Below the pieces are notes generated by a model. It was not told where the DNA came from. It worked only from the letters and a program-made list of their open reading frames with translations, and searched no databases. This document shows, one piece after another, positions 25,280-37,309 of a DNA stretch of 64,000 nucleotides. Source of the stretch: Gekko japonicus (Eukaryota). The position numbers and the translations under genes are program-made. The stretch is from NCBI RefSeq assembly GCF_001447785.1, contig NW_015159764.1, forward strand, positions 1-64,000, written 5' to 3'. Position 1 is the first letter of the stretch. Every line of letters begins with the position of its first letter.

Positions 25280-25592
25280 CAGGGCTCTAGTCGGGGGGGA
25301 GCTCTCAGGTACGGAGCTCCGGAAGAGAACCTCTAGGGGGCGGGGCGGTCACGTGGTGAAGCCCCGCCCCCTTCTTTACCCCGCCCTCTGCTTCGATCCT
25401 CATTCCGTTTGGGAATGAGGATGAAGCAGGAGGGTAAGTAGCTGGGCCTTCTGACACACTTCCGGTGATGTCAGGGGGTGTGGCCTTCTGTCACTTCCGG
25501 TGATGTCAGGGGGCGTGGCATATGCAAATAAGTTATGCTAATGAGTTATGCTAATGAGCTCCGGCAGCTCTTTTTCTACAACAAGACCCCTG
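25280..25592. mobile_element. hAT MITE with octamer array
   Basis: CAGGG...CCCCTG termini, 8-bp TSD CATAGTTC (25272-25279, 25593-25600), and ATGCAAATAAGTTATGCTAATGAGTTATGCTAATGAG. Confidence 0.88.
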
Positions 25593-26279
25593 CATAGTTC
25601 AATAACATTAGAACAATCTATTTCACAATCTGTAGTTCTTCTGAATTTCCATTTTTTTTAAAGTAAACCTTTGGCTTGTTTAGTTGCAGAAATATAGGGA
25701 AATTTCCAGCTGCCTATTCATTAACAGAGCCAAGTCCAAAAGCCTTATTATCTGCTAAGCATTGAACTACTGCATTCAAATCTGGCTACACAGTTCCTTC
25801 CAGCATTCCAAACTATCCATTTTCTTTACAGTATTGTAGGATCAAAGCCATAAATATGGGTATAGCTTACATGTTATGTGTTCTAGAATGCTAACTATTA
25901 AAATTAGGAGACTGTTTCAGAGTAGGTTTGTCAGAGAAGGCCCAAGGTGTTTTGATGCCTCAGACAGAAGATCCAAATAGCCCCATCATAGTAGTAGAAA
26001 TGTAGTCTCCTTTCAGACAGCTGTTATAATCTGTTTTGGTAGCCAGCTGCTAATGGATTTTTTGTGTCATTTCAGACACAACTGTTTCAGCAACCGGTTG
26101 CTAGCAGATTGTATTTACTTTTTCATATAAAGCCACTTGCACCTGTTTAGCAAAGTGGGATCGAGCTGTTCTTGAGGTAAACTGCTTTTTGTCCATTTTT
26201 ACCTCTTCTTTATGCTTCTGAATCGCTGTAGTGTGCTGTTTAAAATGTCTGCAGCACTTCCAATAGCACCATGCTTCCC

Positions 26280-27408
26280 CCCTGCCCCTTTTCACCATGT
26301 GACCTCCCTCAAACTTTTTTTTTAACATTCTAAGTTGAGTGCTATAGCACTAGACCAACGCAGCACTTCAGTGTTACAACGGCACCATTGAGATGCCTGG
26401 GCACCACTGAGATACATTGAGATTGTGGCTGTTGTTACATGGATACAGGTGGACAGAAGTAGCTCATTGGGCAGTGGGTACTCAAGGCATCAGTGATTGG
26501 AGTTACAGAAGTTGCTAACTAAAGGTGTCCACAGCAAATGTCCTGATGTTCACCCATCCACGCAGCCCATGAGTGCTGAGATATGAATGGCTGGTAAGTG
26601 ACTTGTTGTCAAGAGAATCTCAGGCAAACTTTGCCCAGGGAGGCAAACTTCTTCTCTTTGTGGGTTGGAGGTTGGCAAGTGTTTTATATGGATATCTGTG
26701 AGGCTAGTGATCTTTCAATCATGGTCAGTATCTCTGCTGTGGTTAGCTTTTATGAGGTGCTTCTGCACATACTTTGTTGATCTGTGCAGAGATCTAGGGC
26801 ATGTTTGGCAAACAAAGTGTTCCCCAAGTACTGCAGGTGGGCATCTTTGGGGACACAGGCACCGTTCTTCTTGGCACATATAGTCTCTCATCGCTGGTGG
26901 GTTGAACCCTGAAGGAACAACTCTGTGATGGGTAGGTGGAGTGATGAACAGTGGCTGTGCAACTTCCTATTTAGCGAACAACAGCCCCCCCAAGCCAATT
27001 TCCCAGCACCACCATCATCAGTGCAAGGTAGGCAAAAAACACCCCTCCATCTGAAGCCAAATCGAAAAAGGGGTGAAAAAATTCCTACCTGGTCCCATTA
27101 AAAGGCAACCGGTTGAAACCTGCACTAAAATAGGGCGGGAGGGTGGGCTGAGCACATCGAAGAACTGTTGAGGCAGAGGGCAGGGGCCGCGCCTAAATAG
27201 GGTGGGTCCACCCCCTGCCTGGCACTGCGCTTTTCACAGCACTGGCACCCTTCTCTTCCTGACTCACGAGGAGGCAAATCAGCCCCCTCCCGCCAGCGCA
27301 GGTTCGGCAGGATTTGGGGCTCACATTATTGGTCTAGTGCTATAGTGCTCAACTTAGAACATTCAAAAAAATTTTTGAGGAAGATTGCATGGTGAAAAAG
27401 GGTGAGGA
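26280..27408. mobile_element. Fold-back element with long imperfect inverted arms and an internal insertion
   Basis: TTCTAAGTTGAGTGCTATAGCACTAGACCAA (~26328-26358) vs TTGGTCTAGTGCTATAGTGCTCAACTTAGAA (~27329-27359). Internal 27020-27150 is homologous to 62110-62235. Confidence 0.6.
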
Positions 27409-28812
27409 AAAAAGCACATTGCTGTTTGAAGTGGCCAGATCACTTCCAAAATGGCTCATTAATGGAATGAAATTCACTGTATGAAACTTCCATCCCTGTA
27501 TCGATTTACTCAGAGCCAGGACAACAACAGATAACATCCAGTTTAGAGTGGTAATGTGAAAGGGGCCATAGTAATAATAATTGACAGCTTGCTGGGTTTT
27601 TGTTTTTGTTTTACTTCAAAAGCAGCCACCTGGAATAATGTGCTTCATCCTGCCTAATGGTGAGGTCACAACCAGTCTCTATCCCCATTCAGAAGTTACA
27701 GTGAATGCATGTACAGTGTGTACACTTGATAGTTCTTTATACAAATGTTGAGAAATTCTCACATTGCATTCAACACATGTAAAACTGAACATGTTATCGA
27801 AAGCCCACACTTATCCAGGTACTGGTCCTTGGTTTCATTTATAAAGTGAATGCTCATTGGTTCTTTCTTACCAACAAGTATACTCACATACATGGAGATT
27901 ATACATGCATTCACTGTAGCATGTGAACAAGGCTTCTGTGTTTGGCTTTCAGGAGATTTGTACAAGAGGGTAGTCTGGCGAGATTTGTCATGAACAGTGA
28001 GAAGTTGCACCTCTTGAAATTACTTCTGTATGAATATTACATGTAAGGAAACCAACAATGAGATTTCAGATAGTTCAACCAATTTATCAAGCCAATGGAA
28101 ATTTTGGAATTCTGTATTGTGGACACATTTTATTTCACTTAAATTCATTTTTATTTTCAAATTTTTGTTCCTCACACTTGGCTTCAAAGCTGTCTAGACT
28201 CGATCATCCTAAATCCTTCTTTTTTGTCAGCTAAATACTAGATTCTGTGTATATAATTTAAATCTCAACACTGGATATTGCTGGAGATGGAATAACAGCA
28301 TGACAGCAGTCCTGCCTTGCAAACTTTATAGTAGTAATTCCTAAACTGTATGCTATGGCAAAGCACTGTGTCCTAAGAAAAACTACTAGTATGCCATGAG
28401 AAATAAATACCTTAAATAACTGCAACAAAGTCTCCTGTGAGTCCAAAGTTCTCAGTCCAAGTAGAGATTGCATACTGACTCTGCCCTATGACCATATTGC
28501 AGAGTATTGGACTATTCAATTCCTAAAACTGAAATGCAGCAGAATGACCTCACTTCAGATTGGCACAACCAGAACAGCAACTTCAGCAGACTCTTGGGTC
28601 CCTTTGAAGTGTGTGGTTCTTAAACATATCTTTATGGGGGAGGGGCGAACCTTTAGGAAAGAACCTCACCTGCCTATATGTGTTCCCCTTAGGTAAAAGG
28701 ACTTGATTTAGTGGTGATTATGTGGTTGAAAGGGAAGTGATGATAGTATGCTGAAGGAATACTTCAACAATGAAGTTAGAACGCATTTGGGGGAACATAG
28801 ATAGACATTTAC

Positions 28813-29106
28813 AAGAGGTGGACCCGCGATACTCGCGGGGGGGTCAGGGCCTGCTCGAGGTGCTTCCCGGTGGGGCCTGGAGACCCTTTTGCTGCCGCTG
28901 CCTCCCCCCAGGGGAGAGGGGGAGGGCGGGTGAGCTGGGGCAGGGGTCTGGCTCGGGGGCGGGGCCTCAGAGGCGGGAAAAGGTGGGCGCCGGCCTGGGT
29001 GTGCGGGGGTCGGGCGCGCCGCGCCTCTCAGGCCGAGGCCCGCTGCCCGGGCCAGCAGCAGCCGCAGGAACAGCAGGAGCAGCAAGGCGCAGAGCAGCGG
29101 CCTCAT
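28813..29106 (-). CDS. Possible first coding exon of a secreted/membrane protein (signal-peptide-like MRPLLCALLLLLFLRLLLARAAG)
   Basis: Kozak-like GCCGCCGAGATG, hydrophobic N-terminus, 98 codons to a weak donor CTT|GTAAAT. No downstream exons were identified, and it may be the antisense of a CAG-rich 5' UTR. Confidence 0.3.
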
Positions 29107-29216
29107 CTCGGCGGCGAGAGCCCCTCTGCCTGCAGCCAGCGCCGCTCTGCCTCTCGCGCCAGGAGAGGAGGAGGAGGCGGCGGCCTGGGAGGGCAGCCCT
29201 CGCTCGCTGGGTCGAG
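28990..29216 (+). other. Candidate non-coding first exon of a + strand gene
   Basis: Immediately downstream of the Sp1/E2F boxes, GC-rich UTR-like sequence ending at donor GAG|GTACGC. Start is approximate. Confidence 0.4.
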
Positions 29217-29401
29217 GTACGCTCTGTCTGTCGTTCGCCGGGGGGAGGCGGCGGCGGCGGCCGGGGAGGGCAGCCCCTCGCTCGTCGGGTCGAGGTCCAC
29301 TCGGGGCTTCCTCGGCGTCACGGGAGGCGAGGAGAGGGGGGTCCCGAGCGCTCGCCCGGCCTGGCCCGCGTCCAGCGGGCTTCCTCCCCGGCCCTTTGGA
29401 A

Positions 29402-29740
29402 NNNNNNNNNNNNNNNNNNNNNNNNNNNNNNNNNNNNNNNNNNNNNNNNNNNNNNNNNNNNNNNNNNNNNNNNNNNNNNNNNNNNNNNNNNNNNNNNNNN
29501 NNNNNNNNNNNNNNNNNNNNNNNNNNNNNNNNNNNNNNNNNNNNNNNNNNNNNNNNNNNNNNNNNNNNNNNNNNNNNNNNNNNNNNNNNNNNNNNNNNNN
29601 NNNNNNNNNNNNNNNNNNNNNNNNNNNNNNNNNNNNNNNNNNNNNNNNNNNNNNNNNNNNNNNNNNNNNNNNNNNNNNNNNNNNNNNNNNNNNNNNNNNN
29701 NNNNNNNNNNNNNNNNNNNNNNNNNNNNNNNNNNNNNNNN
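29402..29740. other. Assembly gap (N run) inside the CpG island
   Basis: Ns in the sequence. Confidence 1.
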
Positions 29741-30760
29741 CCCTTCCCCCCGCCCCGGCTCCCCCCCCCCCCACAGGCTCGCCGCTTACCTTCCCAGCGG
29801 CAGCGGCATCTGCGGCGGTCGCAGAGCGTCCCCTGCGCATGTGCAGGAGACGCTCTGTGAGTTTCGGGGGGTTTAAACATCCCCCTGAATTTTTTCCCAC
29901 AATTTAGGATTTTTGTGCACACGTAGGGACTGCCCCACGTGTACACAAACCTCTCCCTGCCCCCCAAGTGCCCCCGAAGTGCAGATATAGATATCCGCAC
30001 AGACGGGGGCACTTCACTATTAGATATATAGATGGGTGACTTGAAGGAGAATTTGTTTTCTTTATGGTTTTTCAAGAACACAGCAATAAAGTTGTTTTTT
30101 TTTAAAGAGAGAGTAAAAGGCTATCAATCCATAGAGGACTTATAGTGAAATGGGTGAGGAATTGTGCATGCAATAATTAAATAACACTCTCCTAGAAGAA
30201 ATCATAAACCCAAAGATTATAACTTACTACTTTATTTTATTGTCAAGTATTCTGTGACCGTCATGCTTTAGTAGCTGGGATTTGAGTTGTTAGTAGTTCT
30301 CAGAGTCAAGCAGCACCAAAAACTGTATCTATATGGACAAATATTATACATAATCAGAAGTGACTCTGATATGAGTTTGTACAAAGTAAGAAAAGGGATT
30401 TTTTTTTTGCCATAAATTGTATTTTTATACTTGCAACACGAAATACATATATTTCATGTTCTTCTAACATATACTGGTTATAAAAAGATATATTTTTAAA
30501 AAAATTGCATTATCTTAAGAGTATGAAAAGAAATTAGGAAACAGTTGCACAAAACAGAAGCAGGTTCTTTAAAACTGGGAAAAAAAGTATGTAGTAAATA
30601 GGGGAAGGGGAAGACACCATTGTATGGGGAGAAAAAGGTAATTGGAAAAAAATGCTTCAAACTGCTAATTTTCTTCTGCCTGTGGGATCTTGTCTATGCT
30701 TTTCTTCTAAAGCAACTAGAATATGTATAAGTGGGAACCCCCAAGGACTTATTGGGAGCA

Positions 30761-31031
30761 TAGGCTTGCCAGTCCTCAGGTGGGGGCGGGGAATCCCCTG
30801 TTTTTGTGTCAGGGACATCTGAGTGACACTCTACTTTTAGGGCAAAACTCTATGGTTTGTAGCCATTTTTACCATAGAGTTTTGTCCAAAAAGTAGAATG
30901 TCGCCCCAACAGTGCCAACATGATGATGTCACTTCCGGAAGTCCTGTAATCTCATTGCCAATGTCCCTGCCCACCCCCAGAATGCCCCCCAGATCCCCCC
31001 ACTGGCACAAGGTAGGCACCTGGCAACCCTA
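30761..31031. mobile_element. hAT Blackjack-like MITE
   Basis: TAGGCTTGCCAG...TGGCAACCCTA termini with a degenerate 8-bp TSD (TGGGAGCA/GGGGAGTA). Confidence 0.75.
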
Positions 31032-31404
31032 GGGGAGTAGCTAATTCCCCCACACTATTTTCTCTCTCTCCTCCCCCAAAAGCCCTAGCCTGTCCTATTT
31101 TCCTGCTTCCTTTTCTCTTTGCCACCCAACAGCTTCCCTTTCTTTAGCTGCCCCTCTGCAGCCTCTACCTAGGAAGACTAAAGCCCAGTTGTGTGTTGCC
31201 AGCTGTTAGGCCAGGCCCACTTGCATGGTAAGGAACCCTCAAGGACTTGTGGGGGGCACATCACTTCCCCCTGTATCCTCCTTCCTATATGATTTCCATT
31301 TTCCCTCCTCCAGGTAACCCCCATATTTCCTGCCCTTTCCCTGCCTCATTTTCTCCTTCTCAGGCATTCACCAGCCTACCATTATCTGCCTCCCATCTTC
31401 AACA

Positions 31405-31660
31405 ATACTTATTATTTATTTACTGTGTTTATATCCTGCCTTTCTCCACAGTGAGGACCAAAAAACTTACATCATTTTTCTCTCCTCCTTTTTATCCTCA
31501 CAACAACCCTGTGAGGTAGGTTAAGCTGACATTATGTAATTGTCATCACCTAGTGAGCTTCCATGGCATCACCTAGTGAGCTTCCATGGCAAACTGGTGA
31601 TTTAAAGCTAGGTCTCTCAGACCCTGAGTTGAAGCTTTAATTGCTGCACCACACTGGCTT
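31405..31660 (-). mobile_element. tRNA/CORE SINE (Squam3-like), degenerate
   Basis: CACAACAACCCTGTGAGGTAGGTT core and CACCACACTGGCT head. Confidence 0.7.
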
Positions 31661-31837
31661 TCATACGGTGGTTGCTGTTGAACAGCAACAAGCACTCCAG
31701 CCTAGGTGATAGTAGCAGTAGCCTTGTGGTTGCTGCCAGACTGGCCCAATGAGTCCTCTCTCAAAGCAGAGGCTGCCAGTGGGGAGCTTAAGACAGAGGG
31801 CAGATAACGGTAGGTTGGCTGTTGGGTGGGAAGGAGA

Positions 31838-32107
31838 TAGGGTTGCCAACTCTAGTGGGGGGTGGAACCTGGCAGGCTGGGGTTTGAGGAGGGGAGGGGC
31901 CTCAGAAAGATATGATTCCATAGACTCCGCCCTTCAAAGCAGCTATTTCCTCCATGGGAACTAGAGTTGCCAACATCTAGGTGAGGTCCAGGAATTACAA
32001 CACCTCTCCAGATGACAGAGACCAGTTCTCCTGGAGATCTCTATAACTGGGAGATCTGTTGTGATTCCAGAAGATTTCCAGGCCTCACCTGCCTGTTGGC
32101 AACCCTA
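31838..32107. mobile_element. Nested hAT Blackjack-like MITEs
   Basis: Two GGGTTGCCAAC/AGAGTTGCCAAC starts and a TTGGCAACCCTA end. Confidence 0.7.
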
Positions 32108-32400
32108 GAAGGAGAGAAGGAAACAGGAAACAGGGAGAGGCTATGGAGGCTTTCAGGAAAGGGAAAGGAGGAAATGAGATGCCTCCTGCAAGTCCTTGTT
32201 GGCTAAATCTGAGGATACTTAGGTCTGGTGACTGAAGCCATGAATGGGCAAGACAGATCTACAAACCTGAAAAAAGCAATTTAAACATGTTTAAATTAAG
32301 CTCATGGATATTAGCATGATAAACATCTGTAGGCCAGGCCCAATTGCATGTACCCTCAAGGACTTGAGTGATGGCATGCCACTTTCCCCTGTATTGCCTT

Positions 32401-32619
32401 TAGGGTTGCCAGCCTCCAGGTGGGGCCTGGGGATCTCCCACTTTTACAACTGATCTCCAGCCGACAGAGATCCGCTCCCCTGGAGAAAATGGCTACTTTG
32501 AAGGGTGGACTCTATGGCATTGTACCATGCTGAGACCCCTCCCCTCCCCAAACCCCGGCCTCTCCCAGATCCACCCCCAAATTCTCCAAGTATTTTCCAA
32601 CCCAGACCTGGCAACCCTA
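32401..32619. mobile_element. hAT Blackjack-like MITE
   Basis: TAGGGTTGCCAG/CTGGCAACCCTA TIRs and perfect 8-bp TSD ATTGCCTT. Confidence 0.93.
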
Positions 32620-32949
32620 ATTGCCTTACCTCAAGTATTTCCTCTTTCCTTCCTCCTGGCAACCCCATAATCTTTCCCTTTTACTTGCCTGATTTTCTCC
32701 TTCTCAGCCATTCGCCAACCTACTTTTTATCTGCTATATTGATTATTTATTTACCGCATTTATATCCAGGCCTTGGTTGGGGCCGAAGCACGCAGGAGTG
32801 GGGCTCCGAGACTGAAGAGCCTGGGGGGCGGGCACTTAACCAAGCCCCACCACCTTCTCCCAGCAGGGAGCACAAGGAGCCATGAGGAGTCGGGCCAGGA
32901 AGAGGCAGAAGAAGGAAGGTAAGTTGCCTGCCTCCCGCCCCATCCCTGG

Positions 32950-33112
32950 CTTCCTCCGGAGCACCCCCCGCCTTTCTCTGCTCGCCCACCAGGGCGGATG
33001 GGCAGAGAAAGGCCTCTGGAGCACCCCCCCACGCCTTTCTCTGCTCACCCGCTGGGGCGGATGGGCAGAGAAAGGCCTCCGGAGCGCCCTCCCTCTCCTT
33101 TCTCTGCTCGAC
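32950..33112. repeat. GC-rich ~62-bp tandem repeat (about 2.5 units)
   Basis: CCTCCGGAGCACCCCCCGCCTTTCTCTGCTC...GGGCGGATGGGCAGAGAAAGG repeated. Confidence 0.8.
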
Positions 33113-33210
33113 CGCCTTTTTCTGCTTAAGAGACTGGAGAGCTGCTGCCCAGCAGGGCAGAGAATCCTTACATGTGTACATGTGCTAGCTGTACCTGGAA
33201 TTCTCTCAGC

Positions 33211-33449
33211 TCAGGATGCCAGCCTCCAGATGGGACCTGGGGATCCTGTGGAATTACAACTCATCTCCAGACTACAGAGATAATTTCCTCTGGAGAAAAT
33301 GGATACTTTGGAGGGTGGAATCTGTGGCATTGTACCCCTCAGAGGTCCCTGTCCTCCCCACGCTCCAAAACCCAAATCTCCAGGAGTTTCCCAACCTGGA
33401 TCTGGCTACCACACCCCTTGCTGGTGGCCTGAAGGACCTGGCAAGCCTA
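33211..33449. mobile_element. hAT Blackjack-like MITE
   Basis: Homologous to 17112-17359. Confidence 0.8.
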
Positions 33450-34683
33450 CTCTCTGCCCATGAAAATTATACAAATTAGAAACTGAGTGACCTGAAAATG
33501 TTACCTTTGGGAGAGGAGTTGGAACTGCTGATCACATATCCTATCTGAGCTTCCCTCTCAAGCTCTCCAAATGTCCTCCACTTATTTCTTCACTTCTATT
33601 TATTTATTTAAAACAAGTCTATGTTGTCATTCCAGAACCTGGAACTGGGTCCAGAAGCAAATTGGGACCCAGTGTAGACAGAACAGAACTGGAGTGATAT
33701 AGTCTCTTGGACCCGCTCCAGTCAAAATTCTGGCCACAGCATTCTTTCCATCCCCTGGTTTGTGAAAACTCCCCTTTCATTCCTTCAGACTACCTTATCT
33801 ACTTCCAAACTGTTAATTGTTAGCAAAGTAGTAAATGGTGGCAGTAGTGGGGCAAGCAAAATGGGAGCTGATAGAGGAAAATGCAGCTATAACACCTGCA
33901 AGAACATTCTATTGTTTGGCTTGATGAACTGCAAGTTGTGCATGCCCAGACCTCTTGCAAAACCAGCACTAAGTTCCACCTCAAGACCTGCTTCTTTAGC
34001 AAAGTGTCAGCCGTAACTGACTGGAGAAGGCCTTTGCATCTATGGTGGCTGCCTTGTCCAAATTGTGTAACTATAACCATACAGCAGATGCTCCTCCTTC
34101 AGAAAGTTTGAATTCCTCATATTTGGTGTAACATCTGGCAAGTGCTCCTTCATGCTACAAGCACCTAATGGACAAATGCATTGGATCTGCTGGTTTAGGA
34201 AGGAGGATTAGTGCTTTGTGCTTTTGAAGCGTTTTTTTTCCAGGTAGGCTCACCAGCTCTGGGTTGGGAAATACCTGGAGATTTTCGGGGTGGAGCCTGA
34301 GTGGTGGGTGTTGCCTTCTGACACACTTCCGGCGACATCAGGGGGTGTGGCATATGCAAATAAGTTATGCTAATGAGTTATGCTAATGAGCTCCTGCAGC
34401 TCTTTCTCTATGAAAACACCCCTGTTTATATCTCACCTTTCTCCACAGTGGAGACCAAAGGAGCTTACATTATTCTCCACTCCTCCTTTTTATCCACACA
34501 ATTCTGTGGAGGTTAGTCTGAAATACAGCAAGATAGGGATTTGAACCTGGGTCTCCCAGACCCTGTTCTGAAACTTTAACTGCTTTCATAGGGTGGCTGC
34601 TGTTGAAGAGTAGAAAGCAGCCAGGCCTAGTTAAGTCATGCAGGTCGGGTGGTATCAAGTCACCCAGAGGTTGCTGCCAGGCC

Positions 34684-35009
34684 TAGGGTTCCCAACCTCC
34701 AGGTGAGACCTAGAGATCTCCCAGAATTACAACTGAACTCCAGATGACAGATATCTGTCCCCTTGAACATAAGAACATAGGGGAAGCCAATGTTGGATCA
34801 GGCCAATGGCCCATCCAATCCAGCACTCTGTTACACAGTGGCCAAAAATACCAGGTGCCATTTGGAGAAAATGGCTGGTTTGGAAAGAGGATATTATATG
34901 CAGGTGACATTATATGCAGCTGAAACATCTCCCTGCCCCACACCATGCCCTCCTCTGTATCCACCACAAAATCTCCAAAAATTTCCCGACCTGGAGCTGG
35001 CAATCCTAG
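34684..35009. mobile_element. hAT Blackjack-like MITE containing a CR1 3'-tail fragment (~34765-34860, minus strand)
   Basis: TAGGGTTCCCAAC...TGGCAATCCTA termini. Inserted GAACATAAGAACATA...TTGGATCAGGCCAATGGCCCATCCAATCCAGCA. Confidence 0.7.
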
Positions 35010-37309
35010 TCAGGCCTGGCTCTAATGAGTCCTCCTTCAAAGGCGAAAATAGGCCTGGAAAGGGCCATGCCTCCTCCTCCTGCCTTTACTGTCAGAACCC
35101 AGCCTGGAATACTGTGCTTGCCTAGCAAAAGCTACGAGGGAATCTGTTGATTAAAGCTATGTGTGCTACTTTGATCATTTTTGGATTTTTTAAAGCCTCC
35201 AATGTATTTTTTTAGACTTCACATTTTTCTGAAAACCATTTCATGTTTGTAGAGAGATCTGTCTTGTCCATTCACAGCTCCAGTCACTGGATTTAAGTAT
35301 CCAAAGATTTGGCTGACTTCTCTATTAGTATATAGATGTATAAACGTATGTTCTACTTTATGTGAATATATTTAATATAGTTTCCTCTGGAATAATGAAA
35401 CTCCCTAAATTCCCATGCGTAAGGTAGTGTATATACCTAATAGCTTGATCGTAGCCGTGTTTCATCAGAAATATGATCAATGTTCTGAATAGTCCATGGA
35501 TCTTCCTATTATCTTGAGTTAAAGATATTAGTGTAAATGCTTTCCCACATGCATTTATTTAAAGAATATACATATGATTGAAAAACCCACAGTTCTCTTC
35601 TTCTTCCCCAAGTCCTGTCTGGGATTCTTTTTAAATGCTCTGGCAGGCAAGAAATATCTGCTCAGTACTCATGTTATGTGTAACAAAGATCTCATTTAGA
35701 CAGGGTCCCTTCTAGGGAAAAACGACTGCGTGTGCATTGTTAAAATGCCAGTGCAGAACTTGCCTGAGGCTACAGATCTTTGGCATGCTAATATTGTACA
35801 TGTAATGCCCAAGAGCTTAGTTTAAACACAATGGTAGTCAAATGCAAAGTACCACCAAGAAGTTATTTTGTCCCTGCAGTATCACATTTAGATTACATCT
35901 AGGTAAGATGTGTGGGAGGGACTGGATCCATGTGGGTTAGACTGTGTGTGCTTGACCTGCTGAGGTTTCTGTTAAGGAGTGGACAGTAGTGAATATGTAT
36001 AGTGATTCTCAGCTTCACTCATTTCAATGGGGCTTTCTTCTGTCAGGTAAATATGTTGAGGACTGTAGCCCTAATATAATTAGCTTCCTCAAAATAGTGT
36101 CCTAATGATTAAAAGAGACAAAAAGACAGCCAGTGTGCTAAACATGCACCACAGTCCTAAGCAGAATTACAGTTGACTTTCTATGAATTTGAAGAGACTT
36201 TGAAAAATAAAATCAAAAAGACAACTGCAAATCCCATATATTGCTGCTACAAAGCGTGTGTAGACACTACCACTTCCAGTTTCTTTTAATAACTCCTGTT
36301 CTTAGTAAGGGGATATTTGGTTAATATGGCAGAGTTTGCCCACTCATAGAAGTGTGATACTGAGTGCAGTAAATAAATCTCCCAAGAAGTATATTGCAAA
36401 AAATATTTACATTTATTCAAATAGATCCTTTCTGCATTCAGTTTGCAGTCAAAAGGAAAGAAGACTAATCTAAGGAGTAGTGTCCCTATCACAAATGGCC
36501 AGCTAATCCACCATCACGTGTATGTGAGTATGAGGACATTGTTTCCACAAGAGAGACATGCAGAGACTCTTGACTCCATGGAAGGCCATATGAAGTGAGT
36601 GAGAGGACAAAGAGAGGGGGACTTCAAAGGGCAGTTCCCAGTTTAAGACAAAGAGAGGCATCCCATTCAAGGAGATAGCCCCTATACACACTTAGAGTGA
36701 TGTAGCACCCCCCAATGTCTAGGCAGGCTGAGTCCATCACTCCAACACTTAGAGTGTAGCTCCTAATGAGGAATGCTTCCTAAAGTGCTGTGCCTAATAT
36801 CAGTAAATTTTCATACTGGCTCCCTTAAAATCAAATTTGGGACAGATGGTGGTAAAGTAAATATGCCAAATGTGCTGCTGCTGTACACAGTGGAGCTTAG
36901 AAATGTACAGATGTGATCACGACAAAGCTTAGCATATCTTTTGTTCATGAGTCCCAGGCTGTGTCAAAACTCTGTAGGGTTATTATCCTAACCTGCCACA
37001 TCGAGTTGAGCTGGGTGACAACTGCAAAGAGAATAAAGTTCAGAACAGTTTATGAAAGGTTAGTGTAATTCGAAGGAGAATGGGTTGAAGGTTTATAGTC
37101 CCCACCCCATCTTGTTTGTTTATAATTTACAGATCAAGAAGTAATGAGAATGCAGTTGTTAATACAAATAAGATTTATGCTGTCCTTAGAATCCTACATT
37201 CCTAGAAGCCATCAGCCTAAGCTTTTCCTTCCAAATCTCTCTGTTCAGCTGCTCACACAAGGACCAAGTTTTCTTCTCTCTGGCTGTTACCCACAGCTAG
37301 GTTAAAGAG

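Larger units (their letters stand above)
28820..29870. promoter_or_regulatory. CpG island promoter
   Basis: Very high GC and CpG density against an otherwise CpG-depleted window. GC box GGGGCGGGGC (28956-28965), E2F-type GGCGGGAAA (28972-28980) and NRF1-like TGCGCATGTGCA (29834-29845). Partly unassembled. Confidence 0.9.

Noticed and set aside
28708-30081. Long ORFs (265-457 aa) on both strands
   Set aside because: Inflated by GC richness and 339 Ns. Only the segment from ATG 29106 was kept, as a weak candidate.
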